From the human T2T-CHM13v2.0 reference genome, Homo sapiens: a stretch of 64,000 nucleotides of DNA. The position numbers were made by a program, and so were the translations under genes. The DNA lies in assembly GCF_009914755.1 (NCBI RefSeq), contig NC_060939.1. One strand, written 5' to 3'. Within the stretch, counting starts at the first letter, position 1; each line of letters begins with the position of its first letter. The notes beneath the pieces were generated by a model that worked only from the letters and a program-made list of their open reading frames with translations, made no database searches and was not told the origin of the DNA. This document shows positions 53,807 through 64,000 of the stretch, one piece after another.

Positions 53807-55832
53807 CTCTGTGTCCCTGGCATGGAGCTAACCACTCTGCTGTTACTGCTGTTGTTGGCATCGTCTGTGGCCTCCTGCCAGGGTGATAAATGACAAAGGA
53901 GAAAAGCAGTCTGTTTTTTCTGCCTGTATTTTCCCCCTTTGTTTTTATTAAACAATGATTATTAATATTAGAAATGGAACACTGCTACAAAAAGCCATTT
54001 TCAGTTAATAAGGCTGTCGCTGCTGCCTGGGGAGTTAATAGAAGGCCAAGGAAGCCATGTGAGGACCATTTAATAGCTGCATTATCAAAGCGGGTCAGAA
54101 GTGTGAGATGCAGCCGGCACAGGCAAGGCTGGCCAGTTCCAGTTGGGGTGCACTGGCCAGGTCCCCCACTCCTCACAGGGACCGGGGTCATGCCTGGGTG
54201 TGCACAGCTGTTGGGTCACAGGCCAACTGTGTGCAAGGAGCTTGGGGAGCAGCCCTCCCAGCCCACAGCTGTGAAAACATTGGCTGGGCCTCCAGGCAGG
54301 CCAGGCAGGTCTGTCCCAGAACAGGGAGGCTACGGCCCCCAGACGAGGCCTCGCCACTTTCCTGCAGATGGTGAGGATCAGGGCGTTTTTTCTCTACCTC
54401 ACCCTGGGTCGTGACCAGCCTTAGGATGGGAAGCTTGGCAAAAGGAAAATTACTGGGGGCGGGTCTTTGAAATTGTGGAGCTGCTTGATATTTAGAGAAA
54501 AAGGAAATTAGGAAGCCAATTCCTGGTATGTTTGCGTCCTGACTTCAGAAGGGTGAGAGCTAGGAGGTGAGATGAGTACCTACCTGCTGTGGGTCCTGGT
54601 GAAAGTGATTCCCTCCTGCCATAAAGAAAAGAGGGAGGATGACTGAGCCCTGGGTGTCTGTTTGTCTTCTGGGTTGGTACGGCTGAGAAACAATATCTAC
54701 CATTCACATAGGAATCCTGATGTCTAAATGAGATGCACTTTTTCCTCTAAAATAAGAACAGCAGTCACCCACCACAAAATGTTAATAATAAGCAGCCACC
54801 TTCTTACCAACCTTAAGAATATTGGAAGACACAATGAACAAGAGCAATTGGGTGCAGATGACATATTGCAAAAATGTGTTTGTATGTGATTGGCTGTGGG
54901 TGTAATGCATATGTATGTCCATGTATGCATCATCCTAGGGGTCTGAGGGTTTATTTGTTTGTCTTTGCTTGTGTTTAGACAGTGTGTGTCCATGCAGGTC
55001 TCCAGGCATGTGCATGAACACATCTGGGTATTGGTGTGAGTGTGCTCCGATGGAGAGGAAGGAACATCATCATCACCCCTTTTCCCAGTTCATTCCCCCA
55101 CTCCCTTGGATGAAAATGCAGCCTGAAACCTTCTGTGGTGGAATCTGTGGGGTGTACTGCATAGCTTAAGAGCTATGCAGGGTGAGGGGGAGAAAAGGGA
55201 ATCAGATCTGAGGAATGCGAATGAAATAATCATCATCCTGACAAAAATAGCACTTTGAAAGCGCCAGGGAAAGCAAGGTCCAGGATGTTTTTTTCTCTCA
55301 TTTGAGCCTGGTTTACCCATCCTGGGGCATACAGTTGGTTCACCTTCGCCCCTAAACAGGAATAAGCTCTGCCTGCCCCATGTATCATTAGGAATCCATT
55401 AAACACCTATTACTTGCAAATGCTTCAGACATCCCAAGGAAGTGGTTGAGTGTCAAAGATCCTGCCCTTTGAAATGTGGCAGCACTTTGTAGTGTCCATA
55501 CATATCTATTGAATGACAGGATGAAGAGACTGCATGAACAGACTACTAAGTACATCCTGCCTTCTTTGTCTTTCTGCCCAGTGAGGCAGCACATGCTATT
55601 TAACATGCAGAGTTCAGAAACCATCCCTACCATTCTCTAGATCCGAGCCTTTGCACATGGCCATCTGGCCAATCCCCTGTGACACTGTCCATCTGTGAAA
55701 TGGCAACAGTCATAGAGAATACGGTATTTTAGAAGATGCTTTGAAATATTACATGTTAAAAAAACAAAGGGGATGTGGTTAACTTGGGTTTTCTTTCTTG
55801 TTCTGTCACTAGAAAATGAAACCAAGGGCAAA

Positions 55833-56345
55833 TTTTTTTTAATATACTTTAAGTTCTGGGGTACATATGCAGAAAGTGCAGGTTTGTTACGTAGGTATAC
55901 AGACGCCATGGTGGTTTGCTGCACCCATCAACCTGTCATCTACATTAGGTATTTCTCCTAATGCTATCCTCCCCAGTCCCCCAAACCCCGAAAGGCCCAG
56001 GTGTGTGATGTTCCCCTCCGTCTGTCTATGTGTTCTCATTTTTCAACTCCCGCTTATGAGTGAGAACATAGGGTGTTTGGTTTTCTGTTCTTTTGTTAGT
56101 TTGCTGAGAATGATGTTTCCAGCTTCATCCATGTCCCTGAAAAGGACATGAACTTATCCTTTGTTATGGCTGCATAGTATTCCACAGCATATATGTGCCA
56201 CATTTTCTTTATCTGGTCTAAAATTTATGGGCATTTGGGTTGGTTCCAAGTCTTTGCTATTGTGAACAGTGCCACAATAAATATATGTGTGCATGTGTAA
56301 TGATAGTAGAATGATTTATAATCCTTTGGGATTGCTGGGTCAAAT
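55833..56345 (-). mobile_element. 5'-truncated L1PA (approx. PA7/PA8) 3' end
   Basis: tatactttaagttctgggg...tggtggtttgctgcaccc...ttatgagtgagaacat; TSD ccaagggcaa(a/c)ttt at 55822 and 56347. Confidence 0.95.
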
Positions 56346-56357
56346 TCCAAGGGCAAC

Positions 56358-56456
56358 TTTTTTTTTTTTTTTTTGAGACGGAGTCTCGCTCTGTCACCCA
56401 GGCCGGACTGCGGACTGCAGTGGCGCAATCTCGGCTCACTGCAAGCTCCGCTTCCC
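56358..56456 (-). mobile_element. 5'-truncated AluYb8/Yb9 (~100 bp)
   Basis: Yb 7-bp duplication ggccggactgcggactgcag, plus gcgcaatctc and gctccgcttccc diagnostics; perfect TSD ccaagggcaactttt. Confidence 0.93.
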
Positions 56457-56486
56457 AAGGGCAACTTTTAAAGATAGAGCAAGTTT

Positions 56487-56702
56487 GTATGGTGGTTCCA
56501 AAAATGGGCTCAAGGATCTGAGATTCAAATCTGCCACTGTTAAGCTCTGTGACCTTCGGAAAGTGACTATATCACTCTGTAGCTCAGTCCCTTCATTCAT
56601 AAAATAGAAATTTCTGATAGCTTGTTATGAGAGTCTCACAAAATAATGCATATTAACAGAGCCTGGCACATATTGAATTCTTGATAAAGAATAGCTATTG
56701 TT
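56487..56702 (+). mobile_element. MIR SINE
   Basis: ctgtgaccttcggaaagtgac...ctcagtcccttcattcataaaatag...acagagcctggcacata. Confidence 0.8.
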
Positions 56703-58869
56703 GTGACTATGTCTGGTAAAGGTGGAAGGTTTCTGGAAAGGAATAACCAAGGTTTCCCTTGAACCTCTTAAGCAAGTGGAATAAGAGTGGATAGAGTTGT
56801 TTTCCTACAGAGAATCTATGCCCTTCGTAATGAGCAGAAATAGATCACTCTGCTCTGATGAGAAAGGGTCTGCTATACTCTGTAGTTCAGACTCAGGAGA
56901 AAGACTGACCCTGCCAATGTCAGGATGAATGGCTGTAGATCTTCTTTGTGTTATCTCAGCTGTGGAGCCCCCAACACTCTCAGAACCCACTCATGCCAGC
57001 ATTTGCTGAGAGACACTTAGAATGAGAAAGCTTTGAGTAGGATCTTCTGGAGGGAAAAGGCAGGTGACCACTGACCTTCAGAATTCAAAGATCTTTTCAA
57101 ATGACCTGTGCTAGAGGCACAATTTGGATACTTGAAAGGGAGTCCTTAGCCACATTAAGTACCATTTGGAAAAGGGCAGCCTGAGGTTTTAAGTGCCGGT
57201 GCCAGTAGCTGACTAGCTTAATATCTGCGGTGGCTCATCCACCAATCAAAATGTGTTACCGTGGGCCAAGAAAAAATGAGAAGCATTGTCCGCACTTGTC
57301 CAGATAGCTCATTTGACTCACATGTTTTACTTTCCTTCCTGAATTGACATTCTTTGTTCCATGCACAAGTCTTGGACTTCCCAGAAAGACGTTGACCATG
57401 TATTGCCTATTGGTAATGTAATTTGGAGAAGGCATGAAAAGGCTTGATGCCAGATAGGTGCTAAATAAAAAAGACTGGGAAACAGAACCAGATTCTCCTC
57501 ATCTAGGGCGGGCAAACTGTATGCTCAAGTCGCCCAGGTAGAGCATTGTGCCCTGGAAGCCAGCCAAAGTCTATGGGCAAGCTCAACAAGTTATCTTATA
57601 AGGAAGAAAAAAACATCGAGATCTCAAGAAATAATGGTTTTCAGCATAAGCATATAAATTTCTTGAACAATCAGAAGAGAAAGCCATGTTCTCCAGTTTT
57701 GTAATACCTGTTTCCAGTTAGCATCCAGGGCTTGGGAAGTAAGTCATTGTGGATACTTGGATTAAGAGACCACGAATGACAGGAATATGACAGGAATTAG
57801 AAAATTCTCTTAGGGTTTAGGTCTAAATTCCTAGACCATGAATGACAGCTCCGTAGGCTAATTGCTACAATCCTCAATACAGTGGTGGAATATGAGACAG
57901 AGTATCTGCACTACCTCAGAGTTGGGCAGGGTTGATCTTGGAGGTGAGTGTCCTCTTTATACACACCTATGACCTGGCTAGGGCTGGCAATCGTCTTCAC
58001 TCAGGGCCTATCATAACTTCCGTAACCAGAAAAGTCACAGTGACTGAATGTGATCAGTTACCTCTGCTTCTGAAACATGATGGGGACCTTGTCCTCCCAG
58101 CCCTAGCCCCAGTCCAAAAAGGCAAGGCTGGACATTGTCCAGTCTCAAGAAGAAGAGAGCACTTGGAGGAATTTCCACACTCACTCTGGTTCAAAGCTCA
58201 TCTGAGCATGGTCTCTGGTTTCAGAAAGCAAACAGTCTCGGGAAATGATTCTTAAATATATTCAACTGCAAAGCACCTGGAAAGTGCTTTCTGGAACATT
58301 TTTAAACACTAATGTATTAAACTTGTAATAACCAAATAGATATTTTTGTGGTAAATTAAATTATAACCTTTTCATACCAGCTACTAGTTTAAACAGATGA
58401 TAAAGGTAGATATCAAAGCTTTAAGATAAAATGTAGGTACTTAAAATTTAAAAAATGATTTTTCCCAATCAACGCCTTTTTTCTCTCCTAATTGGAAAGC
58501 ATGCATGATCACTTGGTTTCAGTTGTGGAACTCCTCAGCTTGGCTCCCAGCATGACAACTCACATAGCTGTGGTTTGAGACTACTACCCTAAGATAACTC
58601 ACATAAATGGCAAGAACTCGATCATTGTCAAGGGCAGGATCAGGGGAAAGCAGAGAGTGAAGAAGACAAGAGCCCTCTGGTCTGTCAGGGAAGCATCTGA
58701 AGCCAGAACTCAGAGGGCATCTTCTTGGAGACACTGCAGGAGTCATTCTTCTCCAGTAAGGCTAGAAAAATGGGCCAAAAAAAATCTGTTCTAAGAAATG
58801 GGGATTTACAATTATAAATGATAGATCACAGGAAGAAAGTGATAGAAGGGGCCATCAGTGATTCAGGCA

Positions 58870-59010
58870 AGAGGTGGGAAACTAGTTTCAACTTGTGCCA
58901 GGTCTATTGATTGGTAGTGGCTTCCTGGTGTTCTGGGATGTGAAAGATGCTAAGACCATTTGGGGCACAGCAGAAAAGCAAGTAGTGACCCACGACATCT
59001 ACTCAGGCAA
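58870..59010 (-). mobile_element. MER117-like hAT fragment
   Basis: aaactagtttca...tgattggtagtggcttcctgg resembles recalled MER117. Confidence 0.5.
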
Positions 59011-60279
59011 ACCTTGATCTAACTTCAGCACCCCATGGAGGAAGTGAACTCCAGAAAGAAATCAGACCATTTAGATGTAGGGCAGCACTACAACTCTGGC
59101 TTTTTGAATCCTGATTTACATATTAGAATCCAATTCAAATCAATGCATATCATGTTACTAAGTGTCCTGCTATATGCTAGGCTCTGGGCATACAAAAATC
59201 TCATCATATCTAAGTCACTTATATCCTGGGTTAACCATTTTTCTATGGTTAGAATAAGTTCTTCAACTGTTTTTCCATTTCTGGTTATCATTTTAAACCT
59301 GGGCAACTAGAAGAAGATATAAGAAAATTCCAACCGTCTTGCCTATGTGTTGCAATCTCTGTCAGGAATCTCGTGTGACCCAGGCTGCTTTCAGAAGATT
59401 TCAGTGTTATTCCCTTTATATTGCAGCCTAGAGTTACCACACTCTATGCAACACACTTAACCCCCCAAAATCACATGGGATCCTCATTTATAAACAGAGT
59501 TTGCTATCAAATATCTGATGGACATCAAAAGAGTCAAAATACCATTGAATGAATTAGTGGAACATTTTCTGGACCTATAGAGAGATGTTTGGATTTTGAT
59601 AAACAAGAACATCTGCATTCTCTACCTGACCGCAGACGGTGTGGGGCTGTGCCTAACATCACCCCCAGCTCTGCCACAGAATTCTAGAAATGGCATCATC
59701 AAATCTCACAGTGGACCTGAGAAGGCTTAGCTGATTATTTCTCAGCTGACAACGCTGTTTTCCTTCCCTATTTACCCTGGAAAGAGCATGCCTTATTCAC
59801 AAAGTGGATTATTAATGACAAATATGAATATGGAAATTCTTAACATAAATGAATATGTTATAAAGTCCAAAGGGAGCAGAGGCAAACAAGTGACTTTGGA
59901 GAGACTTGAGTCTGAGAAAATGCAGAAGAAAGAATGCCTGTGTGGAATGGGCTTGGATTGGAATAGAAAACTTATCTTGAAGGCCATTAGAGTTCCTGAA
60001 AGCCCTATCGGTCTCTTTGAGGCCAGATTGAATGAAGATTAAGCCTTTTTATCTGTAATAGCTTTTCAGTATGTCATGAGTGCAGCTGAGGAGGCTTGCA
60101 CAGAGCACTGCCTCTGGGAACCGCACTGAGGGTGAGTCAAAGAGGCAGGATCATCCTTAAAGGCAGACAGCTCTCCCAGATCCAACATCGGAACTCTCTC
60201 AAACTCATGCATCAGCATCATCAAACCCTGAGTTTGATGCTTGAGCTGCATTAAGGGGCTGGAATAAGCTAGGGCAGAG

Positions 60280-60548
60280 CCATACTGTGGAATACTACAC
60301 AGCCATTCAAAATGGATTTTTCAAAAATGTTTCAAGATAGCAAAAATTCTTATGGCATACTGTACTGTTAAATGAAAAAAAATGGAATTACACAAATCAA
60401 TATGTGCTATGAGATTCTGTAGAAAGAAAGTGTGTGTATTGGCTAAAAAAAAGTCTATTGCAGTAGAATTTCATGCATTCTGTTCAAATTTTCTATATTT
60501 TTCCAAATTTCAAGTAAACATGTAAATTTTATAACTGAAAGAAATTTA
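60280..60548 (+). mobile_element. L1ME-like 3' fragment
   Basis: catactgtggaatactacacagccattcaaaa...tgttaaatgaaaaaa. Confidence 0.65.
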
Positions 60549-61714
60549 AACAGATTGTTTTCTACCCTACCCTTGACTCAAACAATCAGAGATCTGAAGT
60601 GTTAAGATTCCCATTTACAGATTCCATAAGTTTTTTAAATTTCCAGTTAGAGATCCTAGATGCTACATTCTAGCATTTAATTTAATGATTCAAAAGTTCA
60701 TTCTTTGGCCTAATTAAACTCACTGTTGCTACAATTTAAATTATGCATTATTCTATCTATGTTTAGGTGAAATACAAGCCTTTCAGGAATCCCTAAATCT
60801 GTCCTAAGTCTTTTCTTCTTCAAACTCAGTAAACTCTTTTTGGTTTCCATTTATAAGGGGTCTTATTTTCCATATCAAATTATTTCTGTTGTTCTTCCTG
60901 AATCGCTTTTCTTCGCTGTTTTTTTTTTTTTCTCTATTTTCATTTACAGAAAACTGAGGCCAGACTTGAAGGCAGGTTCTTAAAAAGGAGTTTATTTGCA
61001 AACACACACACATGCACACCTGCAAAAACCTGCACACTTTCCATTTATGTACAGATAAATCTTTAGGCAGTTTTCTCAACAGGAAGTTCACAGACCTTAG
61101 CAATGTTTCTTTATCTACTTAGCATCTACTAATTTCCATTATTATAATACTTACTCTCCTGCAAATTCTCTATATGCAAAATTCTAGTACACGTGATTTT
61201 AATTCTATGTACTTTTTACACATTAATGAGAATTGCAGTTTGAGTACATAAAAGTCACAAGTCATTCTGAGTTATCAAATTGAAATGCACTGGAATATAT
61301 ATAGAAAAATCACATCTAATAATATGGGAAGATGTCACAATATATTGTTAAGTTAGGTTAAATAAAAGACTACCAAACAATATATAAAAAAACAAGTTTT
61401 GGTAAAACTGTGAATACGCCTACAAGGGAAAAAACAGAAGGGCATGAATCAAAATGAATAACATTAGGTATCTCTGAATGGTGGCAATATAAACCGGTTC
61501 CTTATTTTTCCATGTTTGTAGTTTCTATTGATTTCCATGGAATATATATTTTAATATCCACAAGAATAAAGTAAATTTCAAGCAAAAAAAATATTTTGAA
61601 AATTTGTGTATAGGTCAAGCACATGAAAAAATATCCCTTACCCTGCATAATATCTAAAAATGGTTTTAAAAAAAGATAGGCACCTCATTACATCTGCAAA
61701 GAATGGGGGTGCTA

Positions 61715-62085
61715 TGCTATGATCCGAATGTCTGTGCCTCCCCAAAATTCGTATGTTGAAACCTAATGGCATATGGGATAGTATTAGGAGGTGGGCCTTT
61801 GGGAGAGGCGATTGGGTCATGAGGGTGGAACCCTTTTGAGTGGGGTTAATGGTCTTATAAAAGAGCCTCCAGAGAGCTGTCTTGCCACTTCCACCATGTG
61901 AGGACACAGCAAGAAGTCACAATCTATAAATCAAAAATCAGGCTCCTACCAGAAACTGAATTTGCCAGCACTTTGATCTTGGACTGCCCAGCCTCCAAAC
62001 TGTTTCTGTTACAAGTACATTTCTGTTGTTTTTAAGCCAACCGGCTTATGAAATTTCATTTTAGCAGACTGAATGGACTAAGACA
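61715..62085 (+). mobile_element. MLT1A/A0 solo LTR
   Basis: tgctatg...cccaaaattcgtatgttgaaacctaa...ccatgtgaggacacagcaagaag...ggactaagaca. Confidence 0.92.
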
Positions 62086-62571
62086 CGAGACCTTGAAGAG
62101 TTTCTGAACAACAAAAGAGAATAAAAGAAAATTGCCTGTTTTCTATTACCTGTTAATAGTATAAACTGTACTGATTATCTGTTTACTTAGTGCATTGACT
62201 TTATTGCTTTGTTTTCATGGAATGCAAAAGTATTTGTGTCCTATTAATAGTTCACTCAGGATTATTTCCTTGAAGAGGCTTTAAAGTCCTTAAACACGAA
62301 TCATCTTACCACAAATTCTCCTTATATATACAAGATTTTGACGTGAATATGGCATTCATGACCAAGTAAACTGTACTATTAAAATTCTAATTCTTTTTGC
62401 ATTTGTTCTTATTGTCAACAAATTTTAAGTAAAATAAAATTAGATTTACATCCCATATCAACATTAGTTTTAAATAAATTTAAGATTTAATTGTAGTAAA
62501 ACTATAATAATTCTAGGAAAAATGCATAGGTTATTATTTATATAATATTGAAAATAGGTTGTCAAAAGCTA

Positions 62572-62955
<384 letters not shown>

Positions 62956-63424
62956 TTAATACACACAAAAAAATTTGGGGGGAGCAAGTCTAAAGTAAGA
63001 GCATTTCAGTAGATGATCCAAATGTAGAGCCACTTTCCCAAGTGGCCTGTGCTGTGTGAATCCTCAAACTCCTATAGAAACCAGAAGATAAGAGTAACCT
63101 CAAGGAAAATGAGTAGAACTATATTTCTTTTCAAACTTGGAATATGGAGAAAGAACCTGTTAGATTTCGTTTTTAAAAGGAATGAGATGTGACATTTCTT
63201 ACACCTAAATGTCTTTCAACAGTACGTATATTTCCTTGCCTACATTTTCTGAAAAGCAAAGATTGCACCTTAAGGAAAAATGCTATTTTATGCTCTAAGG
63301 GAATCTTGCTAAAGCATAGTGCACGTTTTGAAAAATAAACAAAAACAAAATAAAACTAAAGTGGGGAGAGGTTTTAGTGAGATTAAAAGATATATGAAGT
63401 GCTTGGGGTGGCTCCAGAATGTCT

Positions 63425-63795
63425 CACTATGGGGCCTGCACTTGCTCTTCCCTGGTGTGGAACACACTCCTTCCATATCTGCCATGGACTTGCTCCCTCA
63501 TCTTATTCAAATTTCAGCCTAATCATCACCTCACCAGAGAGGCCTTCCTTGATCCCTTATCTAAGTAGCCATACGTTCTTTCTCATCATTCTCTGAGCTA
63601 TGTCCTATTTCATCTGTGGCTGAAGTTATAGTAAGCATTTCTTCATTTAACTATTTATTTTCTGTCCTCTACGCTAGTTTCCCCAACCCCACAAGGTCAG
63701 GAACTTTGTTTTATCATTATTTATCCTCAGGGCCCAGAGGGGGTTCCTGGTATAGAGTAAGCGCCCAATAAAACATTTGTTGATGGAATATACAG
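63425..63795 (+). mobile_element. L2 3' end
   Basis: tcacctcaccagagaggccttcctt...caataaaacatttgttgatg. Confidence 0.75.
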
Positions 63796-64000
63796 TAAGT
63801 ATTAAGTGGTGCTCATTATAGCTAGAGGAAGAGCAATCCATCCTTTTACTCGTGGTTCAGATCTTCAGTGTGGACCTTGTGCACCTTAGAGTAGAGGTGA
63901 AGAAGTGGAGCTGGGGAGTCATCCAGACAGAGGTATTTGCCACCAACTTCTAAACTTGTGAAAAAAAAATGAATCTACTGAAAGGTTGCAGGAATAGTGC

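Noticed and set aside
53974-54414. 146-aa ORF or CpG island
   Set aside because: No homology recognisable; CpG density too low for an island

Overview
Repeat-rich, non-coding mammalian DNA, almost certainly human: it contains a truncated Alu with AluYb8/Yb9 diagnostic bases, a human-specific lineage. I cannot place it on a chromosome or tell intron from intergenic. No host protein-coding exon, RNA gene or CpG island is supported. The only real protein homology is retrotransposon-derived: a disrupted L1PA ORF2, L1MB fragments and a heavily decayed CR1/L3-like ORF2. The other listed ORFs look like chance frames or repeat translations. Roughly half the window is TEs: 9 Alus, L1PA/L1MA/L1MB/L1ME pieces, L2, MIR, solo LTRs (THE1, MST, MLT1, MLT2) and hAT/mariner MITEs. 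Subfamily names are from memory of consensus sequences and need RepeatMasker/Dfam confirmation. I found no convincing novel biological system. The best leads are: (1) an AluYb8 inserted into the target-site duplication (TSD) of an older L1, leaving a triplicated target; (2) an unusually CpG-intact THE1 LTR; (3) a twin-primed L1MA5-like insertion; (4) several template-switch or fold-back repair scars; (5) an ancient CR1 remnant; (6) TE-free, motif-dense candidate enhancers.
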